64,000 nt of DNA from Callorhinchus milii (taxonomy: Eukaryota), in the NCBI RefSeq assembly GCF_018977255.1, contig NW_024704751.1, positions 7,006,001-7,070,000 on the forward strand. The letters are read 5' to 3'. How positions within the stretch are numbered: the first letter of the stretch is position 1; every line of letters begins with the position of its first letter. Positions 50,819-62,195 of this stretch are shown piece by piece. Position numbers and translations under genes: made by a program. The notes below the pieces were generated by a model. That model did no database searches, had not been told where the DNA came from, and saw nothing but the letters and a program-made list of their open reading frames with translations.

Positions 50819-52149
50819 ATACACACACTCCAGCTGATGTGGCTGTGCAGTCCATGCACGCAATTGTAAACCTCGACCGATAAAACTGTTTGTGGGTTGA
50901 TGTGGCTCCAGGATTCGGCAGTAAATGCCTCAAAGCCTCACGTTCGTTACCAGCGAAACGGCGCTTGGGGTGAGATAAGAACGCCTTTTTACAATGCGCT
51001 TCTGACACCGGTGGCCATCAAGGTCTTCGCAAAGCAAATAGTCCCCTTGTACTTTGCTTTCCTGTGTTTGTTAAGGTCTCGTAGCCTCAAACTTGTCACC
51101 TGTTGCTTCTATTCCAACCACCTTTCTCCCCTCTCCACACACACCCTTCACCCGCCCACACACAAATCCCCTCCAACATACATGCACACAGCCCAATCCC
51201 CGCTCACACCCATGTACACATACACCCCTACACGCACACACAGACACACACACACACGCACCAGTGTTAAATTAACCCAGAGATCACAGCACAGCAACTC
51301 AGATAATACAGTTGAGTTTAACACACGGGGCTGTACGAAACCGATCGATTTGTAAGTGAATTGTTATCAGTGAACACACACACACACACACACACACACT
51401 GCAGCTGCGAAACCCGTGCGGTCGCTACGCTTTACGGTGAAGCCGTGTGTCGAAGCGAGGATTATCAATATTATCATTATTGATGTTATTATTAACTGGC
51501 GTGATCCCACGTTGTGCCGTGACTAAACTTCCTCCCCAGATTGCCACCAGGTCGCTCTCCTCACGGCTCAACAAACAGATTAGATGCCCATTAAGCATCG
51601 AACGGTAGAGAGATAGTTTCTATGGCGACCAACCTGGGATTTAATTCAATAACTGTAGCATCTCCGACCATTGAACAAGCAGCCAGAGAGCAGGACCACA
51701 GCCCCGAACGCCACCCAGACCTGCTCCTTTTTGTTCCCCCAAATTAAATCTAAGGTGGTAATCATAATAATAATCCTTGCATTTGATGTAGCGCCTGATC
51801 GGACGTCTCGAAGTGCTTCGCAGGACGCGCCGTCGAGTGACTGTGTACTTTGTGGGCAAACACGCGGCAGCCAATTGCGCACGGCGGTGTTTGAAGGAAT
51901 TAGTACCTGCCCTGGAATCGAACCCGGGTCCTCTCGCTCGCTTGCTCGCGAGGCGAGTGCCCCGATCACCACGCTACACTCTGGCGTGGATTTCCCCCCT
52001 TTCCCCCCCCCCCCAACCCCCAGGGGAGTGGGGGAAGGGTTACGGACCACGGGCTCTTCCATTCGGTCTCAATCTCGATCCCACTGACCCGTGGGGCCAT
52101 TCTCTCTTCCCGCAGCTGCTGGTGACGATCTCCCCGCCTGCCGTCAGCC

Positions 52150-52226
52150 ATGGCCGACACCATATTTGGGAGCGGAGCAGACCAGTGGGTGTGCCCGAAC
52201 GACAGGCAACTCGCCCTCCGAGCCAA
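52150..52226 (+). CDS. RPH3AL: RPH3AL (Noc2) coding exon 1 (acceptor at 52116)
   Basis: MADTIFGSGADQWVCPNDRQLALRA(K), the RPH3AL N-terminus; Kozak gccATGg; |gtgagt. Confidence 0.93.
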
Positions 52227-52465
52227 GTGAGTGAGAGCGAGCGAGCGAGAGCGCGAACGTGAGCCTGGGTGCGCGAACATCCGTGTGCGGTTGGGTGTGC
52301 CAATGTGGTTGGCGGTGGGTATATTGACGTACAGGCACAGGTGGGGTGGGTGTTGGTATGGGGGCGGGGGGGAGGGGGTGGAACGAAGGTCAGAAAGAAG
52401 CCTTGAGTGTGCGCGTTGGTGTCTCCCCTGATCCCTCTCTCCCCCACCCCCACCCCCCCCCCGAG

Positions 52466-52609
52466 GCTGCAGACGGGCTGGTCGGTGCACAGTAACGAGA
52501 CGGACAGACAGAGACGGAAACAGATGCTGAGCAAGACCGAGGTCGAGGTCATTGTAGACGTCATCAAACGGGCCGAGCAGCTGGACCTGGTGGAGCAGAA
52601 ACGCGTGGG
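52466..52609 (+). CDS. RPH3AL: RPH3AL coding exon 2 (Rab-binding SHD helix)
   Basis: LQTGWSVHSNETDRQRRKQMLSKTEVEVIVDVIKRAEQLDLVEQKRVG; 144 nt. Confidence 0.92.
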
Positions 52610-52659
52610 GTACGTGAGCACCCCAACAACAGCGACAACAACAACAACTTGCTTTTATA

Positions 52660-52989
52660 TAATAATAATAATAATAATAATCCTTGCATTTGATATAGCG
52701 CTTTTCACGTCGGGAGGACGTCCCAAAGCGCTTCACAGAACACACTGTAAAGTGAATTGACTGTATATTTGTGGGCGAACGCGGCAGCCAATTGCGCACA
52801 GCAATGTCCCACAAACAGTCGTAGATTGAAAATGACCAATTTTATTATTGTTTTGGGTTTTTGGAGGGATTATTATTAGGCTCTGTGTGGAGTAAGGAAA
52901 CTTGCCCAAGGTTTGGCCCTCTGCCTGGAATTGAACTCAGGTCTCTCGCTTGCAAAGCGAGTGCTCTAACCACTGAGCTACAGGACTCC
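52660..52989 (-). mobile_element. Full-length young tRNA(Ala-like)-derived SINE with intact A/B boxes and (TTA)n tail
   Basis: Minus strand reads ggagtcctgtagctcagtggttagagcactcgctttgcaagcgagagacctgagttcaattcc..., ending in an L2-like tail. Confidence 0.9.
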
Positions 52990-52999
52990 ACGATTATAC

Positions 53000-53230
53000 C
53001 TCCCTACCTCTCTGACCTGCTTACTTTAGCCCTCCAACCCACTACCCACCGCCACCGCTCGCCTGGCTCTGGCCTCCTGCACGGCCCCTTGCGCCCTCCG
53101 TTCCACCATCTGTGGCCGCGCTTTCAGCCACTACGGCCCGAAACTCTGGAACACATCTCCCTCTATCCCTCCACCTTGCCCCCCTCCTTCCTATTCGACC
53201 GTGGCTACGGTCATCTCCCCCTCCCCCAGC
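53000..53230 (+). mobile_element. L2 LINE 3' fragment
   Basis: ccctacctctctgacctgctt...ggccgcgctttcagccactacggcccgaaactctggaac. Confidence 0.6.
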
Positions 53231-53817
53231 TCGGTGTGAGATCGCGCTGCGATCTCCCATCTGCATCAAGGATCGGAATAACTTCTCAACTTTAAACACG
53301 CGTCAGGGATAATTTGCCGGTTCTCGTTGGGTTAGTGCCACTAACCCTCGTTGGGTTAGTGGCGCTGCCTGGTGGTGACGATGGGGCGTTGCTATAGCAC
53401 AACAGAGACTGCGCGTATTGGTTACACAGCGAGTTAGATACGGCACGGAAACATCCCGACTATTGCTTATACCCCACACGAGTCTCCACCCCTTCCTATT
53501 CCCTTCTCCCTCTCCACTTTCCTGAAATATATATTTCAGCAATAATAACAATCCTTATCGTTTGATACAGCGCCTCAGCACCTCGTCGCGACGTCTCAAT
53601 GCACTTCACAGGATATACTGTAAAGTGAATTGACTGTATATTTTGCGGGCGAAACCCGGCAGCCAATTGGGCACTGAAAGTGTCCCACAAACCAGTCGTG
53701 GTTTGAGTGACCGAATTATTATGATTATATCTTGTGGGCAAAACTCCTACTTGGATGCTTTCTGCTTCAACTGAAGCTCTTTCTCTCTCTCTCTGTCTCC
53801 CTCTCTCTCTCGGATAG

Positions 53818-53947
53818 TCGGCTGGTGGAGCGTTTGGAGAACATGAGGAAGAACGTGATGGGGAACGGGCTGTCTCAGTGCCTGCTGTGCGGAGAGGTGC
53901 TGGGCTTCCTCGGCTCCTCGGCTGTTTTCTGTCAGGACTGCAGCAAG
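53818..53947 (+). CDS. RPH3AL: RPH3AL coding exon 3 (first part of FYVE-type zinc finger)
   Basis: [43 protein letters not shown]; 130 nt. Confidence 0.95.
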
Positions 53948-54543
53948 GTACAGTCGGACACGAAGCTCTGCAGATAAACCGAGATCGTTTGCCCAGTGGG
54001 TCATTTCTGGACCAACGCCGTAATACCGATAGCGACAAGCAGGACTAAAAAATAAGCCTTTACGTTCCAAGCCTTACAAGCCTTCGCCTGGGGAGGAACG
54101 TCTCAAAATCTTCACAGGATTTTACCGTGCAGTGGAGTGAACTGAGCTCCGGGTCCCTGCCGCGGGGGGGGGGGGGGGGGGCGCTCGCCTGCAACCTTCC
54201 GACCCGGAGACCAGAGCACGACCGACTGAGCCGGGCTGACGCCTGTGCTTTTAAGTGTAGTGACTGTGTGTGTGTGTATTGACAGTGAGCGGATACTTGT
54301 TGCTGGTTTGCGCCGCCTCCCAAGTGTCGGATTGTTTTGTCAGGAGGAGGGTGCGGTGTGGCATTGCCGCCAGCAGGTGGTGATCTATCACCGTCCCGCA
54401 ACAGTGAAGCCCACTGAATTCTCAGCGTTTCTCGTCGCCGCAGCCCACGAATGGTACCCCTCCCCCCAAACTAAACAGCCGACGTTATCGTCGGGACCGC
54501 GTGTAGCTTCGGTGGCATCGTGGTCCCCGGCTTCTGGACATTC

Positions 54544-54869
54544 GGAGTCCCGTAGCTCAGGGGTTGGAGCACTCGCTTTGCGAGCGAGAGACCCGAGCAG
54601 GTCAGGGCGAAACCTTGGGCAAGTTTCCTTACTCCACACAGAGCCCTAATAATAATCCCTCCAAAAAAAACAGAAACAATAATAAATTGGTCGTTTTCAA
54701 TCCCCGACTGTCTGTGGGACGGACATCGCTGTGCGCAATTGGCTGCCGCGTTCGCCCACAAATATACAGTCAATTCACTTTACAGTGTGTTCTGTGAAGC
54801 GCTTTGGGACGTCCTCCCGACGTGAAAAGCGCTATATCAAATGCAAGGATTATTATTATTATTATTATT
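54544..54869 (+). mobile_element. Full-length young tRNA-derived SINE
   Basis: ggagtcccgtagctcagggg...; 3' part identical to the copies at 4683 and 52660. Confidence 0.9.
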
Positions 54870-54879
54870 TGCCCACAGT

Positions 54880-55320
54880 AACGCAGTCCTCAGTCGGTCG
54901 TGCTCTCGCCCCCGAGCCGGAAGGTTTGCGGGTTCAAACGTCGGGGACTTTAAATAAACCCGCGCGGTCTAGGCTTACCCTCCAGTGGGTTGCTGGGGGA
55001 AGCACCGTATTCTCGGAGGTGCCGTCCTCTTATAAAAGCAGCTCCCCTGTCTGTACCCTGTTCGAGTGGATCTTAAAGATCCCGCGACTCTACTTAAAAA
55101 GAGGCAGGAGTTTCTCTTTCTCTCTCTCTCTCTCTCTCCCGGTATCTTGCCTGACAATCCCCGGATAAAACCAGTCGATTGCTTCACGGCTGTTTGTGGG
55201 CCCCAACAGCTGCACGGAAATCATCTGCCGTCTTCGCCCGCAAAATACACAGTCGCTACACTTCATCGTAAAACATGTGAAGCGCTTTGAGACGTCCTCC
55301 TGGTGTGAAAAGTGCTGTGT
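54880..55320 (+). mobile_element. Deu-domain-type tRNA SINE directly after the other SINE
   Basis: ctcagtcggt...ggttcaaac...gtggatcttaaagatcccgcgac...gtgaagcgctttgagacgtcc. Confidence 0.65.
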
Positions 55321-55381
55321 TGAATGGGCGGCTGACTGACTGACTGACTAACTGTGTGACTGACTGCTCCTTTCTCCACAG

Positions 55382-55468
55382 AAAGTCTGCACAAAGTGTG
55401 GGATTGAAACTATGGGGCACCAGCGGAGACCTCTATGGCTCTGTAAGATATGCAGCGAGAGACGAGAG
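55382..55468 (+). CDS. RPH3AL: RPH3AL coding exon 4 (second part of zinc finger)
   Basis: KVCTKCGIETMGHQRRPLWLCKICSERRE; 87 nt; missing from the ORF track. Confidence 0.94.
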
Positions 55469-56449
55469 GTAGGTGGGAGCAAATCACCTCCACTCCTCCT
55501 TTAACCGAGTCCTGTTGTTTTGCCAGCGTTTGCTGCGAGTCAGCCTTTCACCCCAGGAAACCCACGGCCGTGCTTAAGGTTATCCGCACCAGACTGAGGG
55601 TTCCACATATCCACACAACAACAACAACAAATCACATTTATATAGTAGTAATAATGATAATCATAATTAATCTTTACATTTGATATAACGCCCTTATCAC
55701 GTTGTCGAGATGCCTCAAAGCTCTTCACAAGATACATCGAGTGATTATGTTTTGTTTGCCTGTTTTGTGGGCGAAAATGATATACATATACAGTCGATAT
55801 ACATGTCAATATCAATCAATATACATATAGTGACATGTAATATATTGACGTTGGTGAAACCCGTCCGTATTAGGGAGGTTTATGAATCCGAAGCCGAGTG
55901 CAGGACAGTTCTTCCCAATCTCGCTGGGTTCCATCTAGCGCGTCGAGGGTTACTTAATCCTGGGGGAAGCAGAGGCAGGAATGTTGTGAATTGCCTGAAT
56001 TTTACATTTAATTAGCGATGCTAATCGTTGTAATTAAAAGAGGAGGGGAAAAGAAAAGGCTCGCTGAAAGCGCACCATTTGCATCTGAATCGAGGTCTCG
56101 TGGCACAGCGACGACTGGGATAGAGACGGCTGGGAAGAAGCAGCTGTTGAGGGCAATGTTAATGCCGTCCATTTACATAATAATAATAATAATCCTCGTG
56201 TTTGATGAGGCAACTTTTACGTCAGGAATACGACTCTGAAAGCGCTTCACAGGAGTTTACTGTGTGTCCGTGTCTGTGTGTGTGTGTGTGTCTGTCTGTC
56301 TTTCTCTGTGTCTGTGTGTGTGTGTCTGTTTCTGTGTCTGTGTCTGTGTGTGTTTCTAAGCGCTCTGAGCTAAACTGGCCTGTGTGAAGGGTGCTATATA
56401 AATCCAAGCTGTTATTGTCTCTCTCTCTCTCTGTCTCTTTCTGTTCCAG

Positions 56450-56618
56450 GTGTGGAAACGCTCTGGGGCCTGGTTCTATAAGGTTTTGCCCAAGTACATT
56501 CTGCCTCTGAAGAGCAGCACGAGAGTCAGCGAGCTCCTCCCTCGCCCCATCCTGTCGGACATCGACCACGGCAAGAGCATCGTGGTCAGCCGCTCCTACA
56601 ACTGGGCCAAAGGCCGAG
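56450..56618 (+). CDS. RPH3AL: RPH3AL coding exon 5 (SGAWFY Rab-binding motif)
   Basis: [21 protein letters not shown]...[10 protein letters not shown]; |gttagt. Confidence 0.94.
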
Positions 56619-56924
56619 GTTAGTGCTTAATAACAATAATCCTTGCATTTGATGCAGCGCCTCATCATGTCTTCGAGACAGAGACGTCTCAAAGCGCTTC
56701 ACAGAATATACCGTAAAGTGAATTGACTGTATATTTTGTGGGCGAAACGTGGCAGCCAATTGCGCACAGAGGTGTCCATCAAATAGTTGCGGATTGAGGT
56801 GGGGGGCTGTGTGGAGGGGTGGGGGCAGGTACCTGTGGCTCAGTCCCCAGCGCTCTTGCCTGCGAGTCAGGAGGTTGTGGGTTCGAGCCCCAAAACCCTT
56901 TGGGGACTGAAACGCGACACAGCG

Positions 56925-57131
56925 CGGAAACCCATCACCGTGCTTAAGAGTGTCCAAGCCAAGCTGAGAATTCCCTGCTTCCCACCTCCTACAGATGGAA
57001 ACCCCAGAGATAGGTTGTTGGAATGAAATGGGCTCTCTTTCTCTCTCGCTCTCTCTCTCTCCCTCCCTCCTCCCAGAGGGACGCATCCTGTTTACCTAAT
57101 CCCGGCAAGTATTAGGACACAGGTTGGCAAG
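56925..57131 (+). repeat. Unclassified ~200-bp dispersed repeat (inverted copy at 60405-60592)
   Basis: gcggaaacccatcaccgtgcttaa...cccagagatag...ttacctaat...aggttggcaa shared between copies. Confidence 0.7.
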
Positions 57132-58509
57132 GCTTGGTGGGGGTGGGGGGGGTGTGCGTTAGGGTAACTGCTGGAGGTTAACCAGCTGAAGATCACATTA
57201 GCTTTCCATTGAGAGCGCTGTCTGGCAACCCACATAAATATATGGTATTTATATCAATATAAAGAGGCGACTGAAAGGGCAATCAAAAAGGAAGGCGTTA
57301 AAACAGGCTTTTAAGGTGGAGGGCGGAGGGGGAACGAACTGTGGGATGGCGATTCGAGGAGCAGTGTGTGAGTCAGCGGGAGTGTGTTGGGGCGGGTGTT
57401 CAGCCCCTTGGAACGTCTTCTCAAACGTGAACGGCGCGATACAAATGTAATTGATTGCTGTTGGTGTTAAGGGGCGGTGGGGGGAGGGGGCAGAGAGCCT
57501 GAAATCCCACGAGTTTGGGTGCACTCGGGCGGAGACTTGATTACTTTAATAGTTTCGGAGGAAGGTCTTGGCTTCAGACACTGGATTAGATGTGACCAGG
57601 AGTTTCTGCTGCCTGTGTGTGCTGTGGCGGGACTGTTTCTCCGGCTGATTAGAGAGCCAGGCCAGTGCTTTGAGGTGAAGACTAATCCCAGGGTTTTATT
57701 AAGTGGCTGAGACTGAAAATCAGAGCCATGAAAAGGAGCAACCGTCAGCGTTAACACATAACACGCCAGTTTAGAAAGAGAGAGGGAGATGCAACAACAA
57801 CAACTTGTATTTATGCCGTGCCCTTCACCCGGAGTGCTTGATGGAGGGAGGGAAAGAGGGTGGGAAAGTGGGAGAGGGAGGGAGAGAGATGGGATGGGGA
57901 GAAAGATGGAGAGAGAGAGAGAGGGCGAAGGTAGAGAGAGAGAGAGAGAGGGAAGGAGAGAGACCAAGAGATAGATATTAGCAAGGAGTTCTGTGACCTG
58001 GCTTAGTATTCACAGTGTGGGAGCAGCAATATTTGGTAGTGTGAGTGAGTGAGTGAGTGAGTAAGAGAGAGAGCACGCGCTCTAACCCACACAAACTCGA
58101 CATCTTCACTGCATTGGAGGAACTCTCGGTAGTTTAAGTCCGGAGACTCTCAAGCACGGTGATGGGTTTCCGCTTGAGTTAGACGCAGTGGAATCGACAC
58201 AGACCCCTACTGTGTGCACTCAGAGAGTTTGGCATCCGATGCAGTGGTTTATGACTATGTGGAGGCGTTATGATTCCCTCGGTGGGCACTGAATTTTCAA
58301 AGCGATCGTGGGGTTATCTTTTTAATACTGCAGGAGGCCGATCAAAGCAGCCGATTCCTGAACCAGTCACTGCTTCTATTCCATTAAATTAATTTAATTG
58401 TTTTTCTCTCTCTCTCTCACTCGCTCGTTCTCTGAGTCTGACTTAAAAGCAAACAAGTGCAACCCTACAGTAGATAAGATACTGGTGGGATGTCGCTGTC
58501 TGCAAATTA

Positions 58510-58878
58510 TTATATTGTTAGTAATAATATGCTTGCATTTGATATAGAGTCTTATCATGTCGTTGAGATGTCTCAAAGCGCTTCACGTGATATATTGTAA
58601 AGTGGATTCACTGTATACAGTGGGTGAAATGCGGCAGCCAATTGCTCAAAGCAGTGCCCCACAAACAGTCGTGGATTGAGTGACCAATATTCTTTTTAAA
58701 AGGGATTGTTACCACTGGAAAGCGATCCACCAATTAACTAATAACTAGGTTCCTACTTACTGCCAGTAATAAAGGTGTTGAGTAAGGAAACCTGCTTAAG
58801 GTTTCACCCTGCGTGGCAATCGCACCCGGGTACTCTCGCTTGCAAGGCAAATGCTTTAACCACTGCACTACAGAACTC
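58510..58878 (-). mobile_element. tRNA-derived SINE, full length, diverged
   Basis: Same organisation as 52660-52989. Confidence 0.8.
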
Positions 58879-59247
58879 CAATTGACTGCGGCATTTACTT
58901 ACAATAACACTCAGTCACTACACTTTGCAATAAATCTTGTGAGGTGCTTTGAGATGTCAGGCGCTGTGTGAATGTAATATCTTTAATAATAATAATTTGA
59001 GGCTGTAATACTGTGCTTGCTCTTTGATTTAAAGGCCCTGTGCCAGAGATAAGCAATTTCCTTGTGCAGGGAAGAATGAATTGGATTTCGTATGTCATTT
59101 CTTGCCCAGAATATCCCGGCTAATAAATAATGATCTGAAATGCTACCGCTGTTCAGATTAGGTTGAAATCCAAACAGAATGTCTGACTAATCGAGGCAAT
59201 AAGATGTGCGTTTCTATATATATATATATATAAATGCATTATATACA

Positions 59248-59361
59248 CAGGGTGGACAAAAAGTCGTGATATCTGCCGTATTATCTGAAATAAATATATA
59301 TCATTGTTTCTCTAAGACTTATTCGACATTGTAATAGTATCAAGACTTCTTGATCACCCTG
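59248..59361. mobile_element. 114-bp MITE with 24-bp imperfect TIRs (CAGGGTG...), Tc1/mariner-like
   Basis: cagggtggacaaaaagtcgtgata ... tatcaagacttcttgatcaccctg (20/24 complementary), embedded in TA/TG microsatellite. Confidence 0.65.
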
Positions 59362-61009
59362 TGTGTGTGTATGTATGTATATATATATATATATATATGT
59401 TTGTGTATGAAGAATTTAAACCAGATTCAATTATTGTGGCCAAATCTTGCCCTAATCTCTGATGGAGTAATCAACGCTGAAGCCAGTGGTTTGACCGCGA
59501 AATATATTATTCGGTTTATAGCAAAATCGCGTTGATTGATCCCAGCACGCGATTGATTGATTGTTTGTCAGCCACTGTTTATTAAATTGAGATCAGAAAG
59601 CACCGTTCCAGCCACCAAATCCCTCCGCCCCAAGGCACTTCGCGAGCCCTGTTCCTCACGTACGTGTGTGTGTGTGCGTGCGTGCGCGTGCGCTTTGTGC
59701 ACGCACACGCGTGCAAGAGTGAGATGGGGGGTGGGAGTGCGAAACACACGATTGCTATTCTTAAGATTGAAATCCTATGACACGCTTTGAGACACCCGTC
59801 CTCCCGACGTGAAAGGCTCCTTATCAGATGTGAAGGATTATTTATTTTCCGCAGCTTTAAATTCTAAAGCTATTCATTTGCGTCAACACTTGCGCTGTGT
59901 AGAGCTGTGTATTTCTGGCTGTTCTCTTCTGCTGCTCGCGCTGCGAGTGTGTGTGTTGTATGTGTGTGGGTGTGTGTTTGTTATTTCCACGCATTTAAAT
60001 AAACAATTCTATTCAGATCTATTAATGTACGCCACAGGGCACTGTGAAGAGGGTCAAGTCACTGCTGGTGGAGGTGACAGCCTGCAAGTGGCTGAGAGAA
60101 ACTACTATCATACTAATTAACGCTAACACGCCCCACACGTATGTTTGTGTGCGCACGAGTCTGCGTGCGTGTGTGTCTTGCGTTTGCGTGCATGTATGTG
60201 TATTTGTGTGCGTATGGTTCTGTGTGTGTGTGTCTGTGTTTGAGTGTGTGTGCGTATGGCTATTGGCAAACTGGCTGTGCGGAGAAACTGGTTCAAGCCC
60301 TTTGCCAATAGGACTCCAGTAGTTATCCCAAACACACACTCTGGGTTCTCTACCCCCCGCCCCTACCCCCCCCCCCCCAACCACCCCTTGGCTATTGCCT
60401 TGGCTATTGCCAACCTGCGCCTAATGCTTTCAGGAATTAGGTAAGCAGGATATTTCTCTCCGGGGGGAGGGAGGGAGAGAGAGAGAGAGAGCACGTTCCA
60501 TTCCAATCTATCTCTGGGATTTCCATGTGAGTGGGGTGCATGACATCCTCAGTTTGGTTTGGAGACCGTTAAGCACGGTGATGGGTTTCCGCGTGTGTCA
60601 GACTCCCGGCTCTCCCCCCGCCCCCCCCCCCCCCCCAACCCCCCGAAACAAAGAGAGAGGGACGTTACTGCTCCACTAATGAGTAGCTGATTCTACACTT
60701 TCCAGCATATCCTGCGAAGCGCTTCGAGAACGTCTCGAAGACGCGATAAAGCGCCGTCGGATCAAACGCGAGGATGGCCCTTCTCATTATTATTGTGGGG
60801 AAAAGGACAGTCGAGACATCTCGAAGCTGCTCAGTCGTTGTGCTCAACAGCTGGTGATTGGCAGCTTCACTATTGATGGCTTAATGAGATCCGGTTGCCT
60901 GGTTACCGCAAATCATTCAGAAACCACCCAAGCCCCGAATTACAGCGAACGCCAGCACCCAAATCCGTTTCCGCCCAACCACTTTTGTTGCGTTCTATTT
61001 CTGTGCGTG

Positions 61010-61056
<47 letters not shown>

Positions 61057-61059
61057 TCT

Positions 61060-61350
61060 TGAGACAGGAGGTGGTAGGTTCGAACCCCCACGTCCAGGCT
61101 GCTAACGTGCTCCAGTGCAGTGCTGGGGGTTGGCGGAGAGAGCACGGCATTGCCAAAGACGCCGGTTTCGGGCGAGACATTAAACCGAGCTCCACCTTTC
61201 TGTGCCTTGTTGAGATGGACCCTCGTGGCGCTGCTGGGAAAAGAGAAGGGAGTTTCTCTCGGTGTCCTGGCCAACAACAAACCACCCGTCCCCCCCCAAC
61301 CCCCAAATAAAATGGGTCACTCACTCCATGGCTGTTTGTGTGCAAATTGG
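61060..61350 (+). mobile_element. Deu-domain-type tRNA SINE
   Basis: ggttcgaacccc B box; gagacattaaaccgag; aagagaagggagtttctctcggtgtcctggccaac. Confidence 0.7.
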
Positions 61351-61556
61351 TTTATTAATAATAACGTCATCGCTAATAATAATTCAGTTTCTTCCCAAAT
61401 CGCCGGCTCGTTGCTTTATTCTTCTGCAGTTTGTTTGCTTCTGTGGAAGAGATTGACACTCTCTTCCCCCCACTCCCCTACCCTCCTCCCGCCCCCCCCC
61501 CCCCCACCCTAACCCTCCCACTCCCCTTCTGGCCCCCCGTCTTCTCTCTGCTTCAG

Positions 61557-61676
61557 TTGTGTCCAGCGAAAGCGAGAGCGAGTCTGAGGGCAGCCACTCC
61601 AGTCAGGACGAACAGACCTCAGCCGGCGGGCTCGGGGTGAAGAGCAACAAGACCGGACTACAAGGAGGGGAGACGG
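61557..61676 (+). CDS. RPH3AL: RPH3AL coding exon 6 (Ser/acidic linker)
   Basis: (V)VSSESESESEGSHSSQDEQ..., resembling the VVSSDSDSDSD segment of RPH3AL; ttcag| and |gtacgt, 120 nt. Confidence 0.8.
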
Positions 61677-62117
61677 GTACGTAGGCAAATGACAACCACG
61701 CAACACCCTTCACGCTAGGTAGCGTCCGGAGCGCTCGACAGTGGCGGAGACTGGCCCCGAGCCTGGGGGGGTGGCGGGAGGGAGGGAGGTGGGAGGTGAT
61801 AGTAAGCACGATCCAAAAGGAAGGTCTTTAGGCGGGATTAGAAAGCGGGGAGCGAGGGAGGGGGCGGGCAAGGTAGGTTAAGTTCCCTTTAACGACTCTT
61901 TAACGGAAGCTCTGTGTTTTTGGAGGTGCCCTGTGCCGGATGAGACGTTAAAGCCTGAAGTCCCCCTGTTAGGTTGATGTTTAAGAGTTACTCCCCTCCC
62001 CGTCGTCCCGTTTCCCCCCCCCGGCCACCTCCTCCTTCCCCGGCCCCCTCCCCCCGCACCGCTGCTCGGATAAAGAGACAGACGGTGACCGCTCGCTTGT
62101 TCTCTGCATTTTTGCAG

Positions 62118-62195
62118 TTTCGGGGAGCGAGACCCCCGCCACGCCAGCCAGGGGGCCTCGGCTCGAAGACACAGACCTGGTCAGGAGCTCAGCAG
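62118..62195 (+). CDS. RPH3AL: Probable RPH3AL coding exon 7 (78 nt, phase 1-1)
   Basis: Strong acceptor ttttgcag|; open frame SGSETPATPARGPRLEDTDLVRSSA; g|gtttgt; little recognisable homology. Confidence 0.55.

Noticed and set aside
51966-52814. 282-aa minus-strand ORF and similar ORFs containing 'RNWLPR...KCKDYYY'
   Set aside because: Chance translation of the SINE consensus plus antisense of real exons.
52915-52989. tRNA-Ala(TGC)-like sequence on the minus strand
   Set aside because: It is the head of a multi-copy SINE, has no proper acceptor stem, and continues into the SINE body.
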